A stretch of DNA of 40,511 nt, taken from assembly GCA_018221125.1 (NCBI GenBank), contig JAAOYC010000018.1:1-40511 (forward strand). Direction: 5' to 3'. Position numbers and translations under genes: made by a program. Shown here piece by piece: positions 1 through 8,241 of this stretch. Source of the DNA: Candidatus Woesearchaeota archaeon (GTDB taxonomy: Archaea; Nanobdellota; Nanobdellia; Woesearchaeales; WJKL01). Under the pieces are notes generated by a model. That model saw nothing but the letters and a program-made list of their open reading frames with translations, was not told where the DNA came from and did not search any database. Numbering within the stretch: the stretch's first letter is position 1; every line of letters begins with the position of its first letter.

Positions 1-89
1 CTTTCATCCTCAAGAATTATTTCTCCCCCTTCTCCACTACTTGCATAAGTCTTCTTTTTGGCTTTAACTAGAAATTGTTTTAATTCCAT
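1..89 (-). CDS. N-terminus of a DUF5680-like protein (runs off the window)
   Basis: Manual translation from ATG at 89: MELKQFLVKAKKKTYASSGEGGEIILEDE; FLVKAKxxTYA resembles DUF5680 N-termini; directly downstream of ychF. Confidence 0.55.
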   Translation of the reverse strand, partial: MELKQFLVKAKKKTYASSGEGGEIILEDE

Positions 90-90
90 T

Positions 91-1290
91 TTATTTACTT
101 GAAATAATTTCAATAACATCACGATGCTTCAAAGGATGCTCTTTTCCAACGACCATCTTTGTTCTTACGTCTATTGCTCTTATGAATCCATCTCCTAAAT
201 CTGTATGTAAAGAGTAAGCAAAGTCTAGTGCTGTTGATTTTTTAGGCAATAAGAAGCAGTCTGGCAAAACATTGCCATCTTTGTCTTCCAGCTTGTTAAC
301 TCCTCCTGGGAAGATTGCAATGTATTTCAAAAGATTGAATACAGCATCATCCAGAACTTGCTGCACTCCTGTTGAACCAAATTTTTTCAGGATATTCTCT
401 TTTATAAATTCCAGGGCTTTTTGCTGCTGTTCAGAAAGTCCGTCTTGTTTTAGTATTTCAAAATCATCATTTCCAGGAGTGTATTTGATCAAATCATGTT
501 TTGCAGCTTCTTTTAATGCAAGCTCTGATTCTGCTGAGCAAGCTATCATCATATAATCAGGAAATTCATTTTGCAGTTTAGCAAAGTTTTCAGCTGCTCC
601 TGGAACATCTACTTTGTTTGCAGCTATTATCATTGGCTTTGTGATCTTTCTTAATTTAGAAGCCATCTGTTTTAGATTATCTTCTGTCCATTCTGACGGC
701 TTTTCTTTGTTCAATCCTAAATCTTTAATTACATCTTCAATCATCACTTCTGTTACTCTTAAGAATGATAATTGTTTTGCTAAAGCTTGTTTTATTTCTT
801 TGTTTTCCTGCTGTATCTGTCTTGCAAATTTTTCCCAACCTTTTGTTATGTTTCTGAAATACCACATATCTAGTTCTACTTCAAGAAATTTAACATCTTC
901 TGATGGATTATAAGATAAAGGTTCAACAGGTTCTCCTTTTTCATTTACACTTCCTGAAACATCAATTACATGAATCAATACATCTGCCTGATTTAGGTCA
1001 TCAAGGAACTCGTTGCCACGTCCCTGCCCTTTGTGTGCTCCTGGAACTAGTCCAGCAACATCCAGCAAATCAACTGGAACAAATCTTATTCCGTCTATAC
1101 AATATCCAAATCTTGGATTGCATTTTACATTAAAGTCCTTGTCAGCGCATTCTACTTTAACATAGCCAACTCCATGATTTGCCTTAATTGTTGTAAATGG
1201 ATAATTAGCTATTTCAGCTTCTGCCAATGTGGCTGCTTTGAAAAATGTACTTTTTCCACAACTGGGTTTGCCCACAATTCCAACTAACAT
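91..1290 (-). CDS. ychF: YchF/Obg-family translation-associated NTPase with C-terminal TGS domain
   Basis: GKPSCGKS, YPFTT, DVAGLV, NKVD motifs; archaeal Cys insert; TGS-like C-terminus (FAYSLHTDLG). Confidence 0.93.
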   Translation of the reverse strand: MLVGIVGKPSCGKSTFFKAATLAEAEIANYPFTTIKANHGVGYVKVECADKDFNVKCNPRFGYCIDGIRFVPVDLLDVAGLVPGAHKGQGRGNEFLDDLNQADVLIHVIDVSGSVNEKGEPVEPLSYNPSEDVKFLEVELDMWYFRNITKGWEKFARQIQQENKEIKQALAKQLSFLRVTEVMIEDVIKDLGLNKEKPSEWTEDNLKQMASKLRKITKPMIIAANKVDVPGAAENFAKLQNEFPDYMMIACSAESELALKEAAKHDLIKYTPGNDDFEILKQDGLSEQQQKALEFIKENILKKFGSTGVQQVLDDAVFNLLKYIAIFPGGVNKLEDKDGNVLPDCFLLPKKSTALDFAYSLHTDLGDGFIRAIDVRTKMVVGKEHPLKHRDVIEIISSK

Positions 1291-1344
1291 TTTTTTAAGT
1301 AAAAGAAGTACCTTTAAATAGTTTGTTTTTTTCCTGTTTTCAGC

Positions 1345-2031
1345 ATGTTAAAGGCTGATTTTCATATACATACTAAGGAAGAGAGATACGATTATTGGAT
1401 AAGGTACTCTGCAAAGGATTTGATTAATCATGCTTCTAAGATTGGATATGAAGTTTTGGCAATAACAAATCATGGTTTATTTACTTATAATCAGGGATTA
1501 GCTGATTATGCTAAGGAAAAAGGCATATTATTGATACCAGGTATTGAAGCTTTTGTTGGAAAAAAGCATGTGATAATCCTTAATGCAACAAAGGATGCTG
1601 AAAAAATAAGAACCTTTTCTGAGCTTAGAGAATACAAAAAAAGAAATCCAAATGCTTTTGTTTTAGCACCTCATCCTTATTATCCAAGACATAATTGCTT
1701 GCGTAAAAAACTCCTTGAGAATATTGATGTTTTTGATGGTGTTGAATACTGCCATTATTACTGCAGATATCATAATCCTTATAATAAAAAAGCAGTTAAA
1801 ACTGCAAAAAAACATGGCAAGCCTTTGATAGGAACTTCTGATGCGCACAGGCTTTTTCAGTTTAATAATACTTATTCTATTGTTGATGCTGACAAGAATG
1901 TAGACTCTATTGTCAAAGCTCTTAGGGAAAATAGAGTCCAGATAAAAACAAAGCCGTTATCTGTTATTAATTGCACAAGAGCAATAATCCCTATGATGCT
2001 GCATAAAATTATCAAAAAGAAACCAATGTGA
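1345..2031 (+). CDS. PHP-domain metal-dependent phosphoesterase
   Basis: DFHIHT, ITNH, PGIE, APHP, SDAH motifs. Confidence 0.88.
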   Translation: MLKADFHIHTKEERYDYWIRYSAKDLINHASKIGYEVLAITNHGLFTYNQGLADYAKEKGILLIPGIEAFVGKKHVIILNATKDAEKIRTFSELREYKKRNPNAFVLAPHPYYPRHNCLRKKLLENIDVFDGVEYCHYYCRYHNPYNKKAVKTAKKHGKPLIGTSDAHRLFQFNNTYSIVDADKNVDSIVKALRENRVQIKTKPLSVINCTRAIIPMMLHKIIKKKPM

Positions 2032-2073
2032 GCATAGAAAAGTTTATAAAAGAAGTTTTCTATTTTTATTGAT

Positions 2074-2700
2074 ATGCCCATCAAGAAACTTCAAAACTCT
2101 ATACCTGCTGCAAAGTTCAGGGTCAAATATAAAGATATTTTTAATTTAAAGGAATTCTATAGGGCTTTACATGAATGGCTTGTTGAATTTGGCTGGAGTT
2201 CTGTCGACTCTCTTGGGAATATTGAAGGACAGGACCACTGGGAAACCTATTATATTGAAAGGACAGAAACAAACGGCATGAAGGAGATGTATTGGTGGTG
2301 GAGACTGCAGAAACTTCCTATAATCAACAGTTATTATAAATTTCATCTTGATCTTGATTTTCATCCTTTAGGGATAAGTGACACAGAAGTCATGAGAGAT
2401 GGAAAAAAATTCAAAGTGCACAAAGGAGAAGTAGAAGTCAAGGTCTATGCTTACATAGAATTTGATTATAGGGGAGAATGGAGCACCCATCCATTCTTGA
2501 AATATTTTAATAAAATTTTTCCAAGCCGGATATTTAGGAAAGAGCTTTATGAGCACCATAAACTAGAACTTTATAGAGAGGCTTATACATTGCAGGCTTA
2601 TATGAAAAAATGGTTTAAACTAAAGAGTTTCTTGCCTTATGAGGAGATAACACCATTTTATCCTTCGCATGCATTCCCTAAGTGGAAGAAGGAATCTTAA
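2074..2700 (+). CDS. Hypothetical protein
   Basis: 208-aa aromatic-rich ORF; TATA box (TTTATAAA, ~2043) about 25 bp upstream. Confidence 0.75.
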   Translation: MPIKKLQNSIPAAKFRVKYKDIFNLKEFYRALHEWLVEFGWSSVDSLGNIEGQDHWETYYIERTETNGMKEMYWWWRLQKLPIINSYYKFHLDLDFHPLGISDTEVMRDGKKFKVHKGEVEVKVYAYIEFDYRGEWSTHPFLKYFNKIFPSRIFRKELYEHHKLELYREAYTLQAYMKKWFKLKSFLPYEEITPFYPSHAFPKWKKES

Positions 2701-2792
2701 TAGCAACCTTTTTAAATATTCTTTTTATTCTTTTGGTTATTGTTTTGGAAACTAAAACAAATACTCAAAAAGCTTCGCTTCTTTGAGATATT

Positions 2793-2887
2793 GCCTCCGT
2801 AGCTCAGCGGCCAGAGCGGTTGCCTTGTAACTGGTTACAACTGGTTAAGTAAGCAGCAGGTCAGGGGTTCAAATCCCTTCGGAGGCT
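2793..2887 (+). tRNA. tRNA-Thr(UGU) with 22-nt intron at 37/38 (2830-2851)
   Basis: Acceptor GCCTCCG/CGGAGGC, D stem GCTC/GAGC, anticodon stem GTTGC/GCAGC, anticodon TGT 2826-2828, T loop TTCAAAT; BHB central helix CTTG/TAAG. Confidence 0.93.
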
Positions 2888-2962
2888 TTTTCAAAAGTTT
2901 AAAAGCCCAGTAAATCCTGGATTTACGCTGGCTTTTAAATTTCAAAAATTTTAGGGGAAAAG

Positions 2963-3421
2963 ATGGGATTAAAAGAAAAATATCAAAAATTGAGTAAGGA
3001 ACATAAACTTCCTTCTTTTGAAGAATTAGACAAGGAGTTTGAGATAAGCAAAATAGAAGATGAGAAATTTTTATTAAGAGAAGTCAGAAGGAAAATTATA
3101 GAAAAAATAGAGCTTTATGCTAAATTTCTTGAAGAAATACTGAATCCAGACACAACAATATCTAATATGCATGAAGCTAAAATATTCAATGAAGAAGAAA
3201 GAGAGAGAATTTTTGAATTTTACAAGAAGCTTATGTATTATGATAGATTATCAATAGAAGTATCTATTGATGAAGATGACAGCAAAAGCAGTGATTATAT
3301 CACTGGATTTTACAAAGAGTGGAGTGAGTTAAAAAAAGAATTCTCTAATTTTGTAAAGAAAGCAAAAGAAAGCTGGCTTAAAGACAGCAATATAAAACAA
3401 GAATCAGGTTATATGGGATAA
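2963..3421 (+). CDS. Hypothetical acidic helical protein
   Basis: 152-aa ORF ending in GYMG, 15 bp upstream of adk. Confidence 0.75.
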   Translation: MGLKEKYQKLSKEHKLPSFEELDKEFEISKIEDEKFLLREVRRKIIEKIELYAKFLEEILNPDTTISNMHEAKIFNEEERERIFEFYKKLMYYDRLSIEVSIDEDDSKSSDYITGFYKEWSELKKEFSNFVKKAKESWLKDSNIKQESGYMG

Positions 3422-3436
3422 CGAGGTGTATATAGA

Positions 3437-4081
3437 ATGAAACTTATTTTTTTAGGCCCTCCTGGAGCAGGGAAAGGAACTTATTCTCAGGCTTTAGTTG
3501 AAGAGCTAGGAATTGTGCAGATATCTACAGGAGATTTGTTAAGAGGGGCAATAAAAGAAGGGACAGAACTAGGGTTGAAGGCAAAAGAGTATATGGATGC
3601 AGGAAATCTTGTTCCAGATGATATTGTTATTGGACTGCTTAAGAAAAGAATTGAAAAAGAAGACTGTAAAAATGGATTTATTCTTGATGGTTTTCCTAGA
3701 ACAGTGCCTCAAGCAGAGGCTTTGGAAGAGTCTGGGATAAAAATAGACAAAGTAATAAATTTTACAGTTACTGATGAATTGATTATCCATAGGCTTTCTG
3801 GAAGAAGGATATGCAGCAAATGCAATGCGGTATATAATATCAATGAAGGTTGTGTTCCCCAGCCAGAAGATAAAAGCAAATGTGATGATTGCGGAGGAGA
3901 GCTTATTCAAAGAGATGATGATAAGCCAGAAGTGATAAAGACCAGGCTTGAGGATTATAAGCAAAAGACAGAACCTTTGATTGATTTCTACAAGGAGAAA
4001 GGAAGATTTGCTGAAGTCAATTCAACACAAGAAGTAGAAAAAATCCTGGATGATATAAGGGAAGTGCTTAAGGAGATTTAA
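3437..4081 (+). CDS. adk: Adenylate kinase (bacterial type, Zn-binding LID)
   Basis: GPPGAGKGT, STGDLLR, GFILDGFPR, CxxC...CxxC lid, QRDDD; GAGGTG RBS. Confidence 0.96.
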   Translation: MKLIFLGPPGAGKGTYSQALVEELGIVQISTGDLLRGAIKEGTELGLKAKEYMDAGNLVPDDIVIGLLKKRIEKEDCKNGFILDGFPRTVPQAEALEESGIKIDKVINFTVTDELIIHRLSGRRICSKCNAVYNINEGCVPQPEDKSKCDDCGGELIQRDDDKPEVIKTRLEDYKQKTEPLIDFYKEKGRFAEVNSTQEVEKILDDIREVLKEI

Positions 4082-5078
4082 ATAAATAATCAATAATTGT
4101 GGTTGCATAACTTCCTTTTTTTAGAGAAAAAGAAATTATTGCTTTGAATCTGTTTTTATTTAATTTATCTTCCGATATTGATATTTCTAAGTTTTCAGGC
4201 TTAACAAATAAATCTCTTTCTGTTCCTTCTGAGCTTAGCTCTTTTACCTGAGGCAAAATAAAATCTCTTATGGAGATTTCTTCTTTGTCCAGAATATCTA
4301 TAATTATTTTCTTTAAATCAGAATCCTGGATGTTTTCTATTTCTGTTCCAAAGCCAATGATAGGGATTTTAATATTTTTATAAGAGCCTGTTTCAAGATA
4401 TGCTTCAACTGTTTTATTCCAGAGCAGGCTTTGATAAGCATGAATATAGATTTTTCTTGTTTTTAGGGGCAACTGTCTTAATGCTCCAATCAAATCAAGA
4501 GGGTTTTTTTCCAGAGATTCTTTGACTTCTTCCTGGTTTATCAAATCAATAGCTTTTTGAAAATTTCTTTTTACTAAGAATTTTCCTACCTCAGCATTGT
4601 TTTTAGAGAATCTTTGCGGTCCGAAGAGGTTTGGAATTAAATCTCTTTTTTTGATTCTTCTTCGAAGTTCTCTTGGAACTTCCAAGCCTTTCTCACTTTC
4701 GTTCGAAAGTTTAGTCTTGAGATTTCTTACTACAATCACAAATTCATTTCCTTTTAAATCTCCAAGAGAGATAGGATCTTTTCCTTTACCAATATATTCT
4801 AACTTGATGTCTTTTAATTTTATAGATTCAACTTTTTCTTTCTCTACTGATTTTATAGAAATTGTCTGTTTTGTTATTGCATTCTTGTCTTTTGTTCCTG
4901 CAAAACCAACTTTCTTTAATGGTATGTTTAGTCTTAATGCAATTCTTTTTATTGCATCTATTGTGTTATAATTTATCTTAGTTAACCAGAAATAAGAATA
5001 TTCTCCATTTTCATCTAATTCATGCCAAGGAATCTCTTTTACAATAAAATCTTCTGGTTTTTGTTTTATTTTATACAT
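4068..5078 (-). CDS. truD: tRNA pseudouridine(13) synthase TruD
   Basis: KQKPEDFIVKE, AGTKDKNA catalytic motif, GNEF, PNLFGPQRF, GSYAT; start moved to MYKIK at 5078. Confidence 0.92.
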   Translation of the reverse strand: MYKIKQKPEDFIVKEIPWHELDENGEYSYFWLTKINYNTIDAIKRIALRLNIPLKKVGFAGTKDKNAITKQTISIKSVEKEKVESIKLKDIKLEYIGKGKDPISLGDLKGNEFVIVVRNLKTKLSNESEKGLEVPRELRRRIKKRDLIPNLFGPQRFSKNNAEVGKFLVKRNFQKAIDLINQEEVKESLEKNPLDLIGALRQLPLKTRKIYIHAYQSLLWNKTVEAYLETGSYKNIKIPIIGFGTEIENIQDSDLKKIIIDILDKEEISIRDFILPQVKELSSEGTERDLFVKPENLEISISEDKLNKNRFKAIISFSLKKGSYATTIIDYLFKSP

Positions 5079-5223
5079 AATATATTGGAATACGGAAAGT
5101 TTTAAAAACATTATTGAATAAATTTTAGTATCAATCTATTTTTTCTTAGTTTTCGTAATATAGTAAATCAACTATAAAATAATGATTTTCTTAGTGAAGA
5201 GACAGAACATTCGTTCTGAGTAC

Positions 5224-5239
5224 CACTGGTCACTGGACA
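5224..5239 (+). promoter_or_regulatory. Dispersed 16-bp motif CACTGGTCACTGGACA, copy 1
   Basis: Exact copy; 13 bp upstream of TATTTAAATA; 63 bp upstream of the LAGLIDADG ORF start at 5303. Confidence 0.75.
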
Positions 5240-5302
5240 TGCCTCCGTAAGGTATTTAAATAATAAAATCAATAGATAATTAATAAAGGATTCTTTGATA
5301 AA

Positions 5303-6262
5303 ATGAAAACTCACGAAATTCCAGATTTTCCTAAAATTAAGATCAATAATTATATATCTAAGCTTTCAAATAAAATAAGGATTATTCTGGAGAAAGACCT
5401 TTTTTCAAGTCTAATTAATGAGCCTATTTTAGAAAATATTGCTTTAAATTTGAATTTTCAAAAAGCTTCTTTGAAAAAATATATAAGATATAGAAAATAT
5501 CCTATTTTCTTTCTAAAGGAATTAAATAAACAAATAGATAAAGATGTATTTAATCTGATAGAGCAAAACAATCCCCTCTTTTTTTCTAAATGGAAATTAA
5601 TCAATCTTCCTAATTTTATAAATCCAAAATTAGCTTATTTTGTCGGATATTTACAGGGTGATGGATGTATTGAAAGCAACAAAAGAAGAATAGATTTTAC
5701 TGATGAATATTTGGAACAAATAGAACAAATAAATAAAATATGTTTTGATTTGTTTAATACTTATGGAAGAATTGAAGGAAAACACACAACGATAAGTAAA
5801 AAGGAAGTATATAGATTAGAAGTTGGAAGTTTGGTTCTAAATTCATATTTACATAAAATTTTTGGCATTAATAGAGGAGTAAAAATAAATTTAAAAATTC
5901 CGCAGATATTTACGAAACATAATGAGATACTCAAATGGTATCTTAAGGGATTGTTCGATGCTGATGGAACTTTGCCTAAAAATCCGGATAAATGCAAACA
6001 ATTTTTTATAGATGTTACTTTTAAAGATAAAGAATTTATTGAACAAATTAAGGAAAAATTAGGATTATTTGGAATAAAAACTTTAAAACCCTACTGTAGA
6101 ATTGCAAAATCTCCTACTTCTGATTTTATCTCAAAAACATGGGAATTAAGAATAAGGAAAAAAGAAGATATGGTAAAGTTTTTAAAAGAAATTAGCTTTT
6201 TTCATCCTAATAAAAAAAGAAGGGCAAAAAGGCTCTTGGATTATATTGCGCCTGTGGTGTAG
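5303..6262 (+). CDS. Free-standing two-motif LAGLIDADG (DOD-type) homing endonuclease-like protein
   Basis: LAYFVGYLQGDG and WYLKGLFDADG helices; no intein splicing termini; stop codon lies inside the downstream tRNA. Confidence 0.88.
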   Translation: MKTHEIPDFPKIKINNYISKLSNKIRIILEKDLFSSLINEPILENIALNLNFQKASLKKYIRYRKYPIFFLKELNKQIDKDVFNLIEQNNPLFFSKWKLINLPNFINPKLAYFVGYLQGDGCIESNKRRIDFTDEYLEQIEQINKICFDLFNTYGRIEGKHTTISKKEVYRLEVGSLVLNSYLHKIFGINRGVKINLKIPQIFTKHNEILKWYLKGLFDADGTLPKNPDKCKQFFIDVTFKDKEFIEQIKEKLGLFGIKTLKPYCRIAKSPTSDFISKTWELRIRKKEDMVKFLKEISFFHPNKKRRAKRLLDYIAPVV

Positions 6263-6338
6263 TCTGGATAACACAAGTGCCTCCTATTCTTTTTAAGAAG
6301 TAAGCACTAGATCGAGAGTTCGAATCTCTCCAGGCGCG
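6248..6338 (+). tRNA. tRNA-Arg(CCU) with 16-nt intron at 37/38 (6287-6302)
   Basis: Acceptor GCGCCTG/CAGGCGC, D stem GTGT/ACAC, anticodon stem AGTGC/GCACT, CCT at 6283-6285, T arm GAGAG TTCGAAT CTCTC. Confidence 0.92.
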
Positions 6339-6339
6339 T

Positions 6340-7047
6340 TTATTTCCATCTTTTTCTTGTTTTTCCTTTCGGATTTAAGACATGTATAGAATCTTCAATA
6401 AAACATTTGATATATCCTTCTTCCTTAAATCTTCTCATTGAAGTGTAAAGACAAGATTCTGTTATGAATCTGTATTTTCCCTTCTTTTTCATTCTTGTTA
6501 ATAAATCAACATCTTCCATTACTTGTAAATCTGTTCTATACAAAGTTCCATCTGGATTTTGCACTTTTTGTGCAAGTTCTTTTGTTAAATAAGTAAATGC
6601 TCCTGCTCCTGAGTCTATCCATGACCAAACACTGGTAAGTCTACTCAATAATTCAGAATATAAAGAAAATATTTTTGCTCTTAATCTTTTATCATCTAGA
6701 GATCTTATCTTTGCTTTGCCACAATCATAGCCTTTTTTAAGTGAATCATAGACTGCTTCAAGTAGATTTTCTTCCATCTGACTATCAGCATCCATGAAAG
6801 AACAAATATAACCTTTGGAATTTTGAAAACCAATATTTTTTGCAAAGGAAATCCCTTGTTCAGGAACTTCAAGAACAGTTGTTGCAAACTCTCTTGCTAC
6901 TTTTACAGTATCATCTGAGCATGCGTTAGCAACTACAATTGTTTCTAATCTGTCATATGTCTGTCTTTGTGCAGATTTTAAGGCCTCTGCTATGTAATCT
7001 CTTTCATTATATGCTGGAATTATTATTGAAATTAATGGTTCCTCCAT
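6340..7047 (-). CDS. Glycosyltransferase family 2
   Basis: SIIIPAYNE, DAD, ED, TSMRRF motifs. Confidence 0.92.
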   Translation of the reverse strand: MEEPLISIIIPAYNERDYIAEALKSAQRQTYDRLETIVVANACSDDTVKVAREFATTVLEVPEQGISFAKNIGFQNSKGYICSFMDADSQMEENLLEAVYDSLKKGYDCGKAKIRSLDDKRLRAKIFSLYSELLSRLTSVWSWIDSGAGAFTYLTKELAQKVQNPDGTLYRTDLQVMEDVDLLTRMKKKGKYRFITESCLYTSMRRFKEEGYIKCFIEDSIHVLNPKGKTRKRWK

Positions 7048-7127
7048 ACTTAAGATTTAAGGAATGCACTTTATAAACCTGGGGCTTTTTAGCAACTTTT
7101 AAATAAATCAATATTATCGATAAAATT

Positions 7128-8219
7128 ATGATAAATTTAACATGTGTATCAGAAGCTTGGAGAATTTTTAATAGAAGCAGATATGTAAAAAAGCAGGGTG
7201 TTAAGAAATACAAAGGAAATGCTGATGCTATCTGCAAACAGATAGTCAAAGACTGCTGGAATGGAAGGTATTTTCAAGTTAGCTCTGGGCATTTCTGTCA
7301 ATTTTATATGAGAGATTTTGGATGGTGTATTGATTCTTTGCTGAAATTAGGTTATAAGAAAGAGGTTCACAAGACTCTTGCTTATGCATTGAGTGTTTAT
7401 TCTAAGAAAGAATTAAAGACAACAATAACTCCAAATGGAAAAACTGTTGATGTATTTGCATATGCTCCTGATACACTTGCTTATCTGATTAGAAGCCTAA
7501 GGGTTTCAGAAGCTCATGATTTGGTTTTAAAGCACAGGGATTTTTTAATCAAAGAAATTGATAAATTTCATAAGTTAGTTATTGATGAGAAAACTGGATT
7601 AGTAAGGATAGACAGGCATTTCAGCAGCATGAAAGATGAATCTAAGAGAAAAAGTTCTTGTTATGATAATATTATGGCTGCAATGCTTAGCAATGAACTT
7701 AATAAGCTAAAATTGTATAATCCTTTGAAGAAATATGATTTTAAGAAGATAATCAAGCATATGTTCTGGACTGGAAATTATTTTACAGATGATCTAAGAG
7801 GAAATAAAGAGATTGTAACAGGAGACAGCAATATAATCCCATTTTGGACAGGTGTTTTTACAGACAAAGCAATGCTGAAGAAAGCAGTTGAGCAGATACA
7901 GTTGAATAACCTGGATGAGCCATTTCCATTAAAATATACAGATAAGAAACACAAACATCATAAGATGCTTTTTATTGAAAAATTTGTTCCAAATTATGAA
8001 GGAAATGCTGTTTGGATGCATATGGGTGGTTTGTATGTACAATTAGTAAAACAAATAGACCCGAAAAAAGCAGTAGAATATAAAAGAAAGTATAAAGAGA
8101 TAATAGAGAAGTATCATAATTTTCTGGAAGTGTTTGATTCTAATGGAAAGCCTTTCAAAAGCAGGTTTTATTATGCTGATGAAGGGATGTTGTGGGCTTC
8201 TAACTACTTAACATTATAA
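7128..8219 (+). CDS. Putative (alpha/alpha)6 glycoside hydrolase (glycogen-debranching / GH15-like)
   Basis: FYMRDFGW, YEGNAVW, FLEVFD and MLWAS segments typical of six-hairpin glycosidases. Confidence 0.6.
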   Translation: MINLTCVSEAWRIFNRSRYVKKQGVKKYKGNADAICKQIVKDCWNGRYFQVSSGHFCQFYMRDFGWCIDSLLKLGYKKEVHKTLAYALSVYSKKELKTTITPNGKTVDVFAYAPDTLAYLIRSLRVSEAHDLVLKHRDFLIKEIDKFHKLVIDEKTGLVRIDRHFSSMKDESKRKSSCYDNIMAAMLSNELNKLKLYNPLKKYDFKKIIKHMFWTGNYFTDDLRGNKEIVTGDSNIIPFWTGVFTDKAMLKKAVEQIQLNNLDEPFPLKYTDKKHKHHKMLFIEKFVPNYEGNAVWMHMGGLYVQLVKQIDPKKAVEYKRKYKEIIEKYHNFLEVFDSNGKPFKSRFYYADEGMLWASNYLTL

Positions 8220-8241
8220 AATAAAAAGAAATAAAAAAATC

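Noticed and set aside
5240..5249. TGCCTCCGTA identical to the start of tRNA-Thr, as a possible att site
   Set aside because: Only 10 bp, at the tRNA 5' end, and no integrase nearby; plausibly chance
5303..6262. Intein or group I intron host for the LAGLIDADG ORF
   Set aside because: No Cys/Ser start, no HN/HINT blocks, and no interrupted host gene on either side
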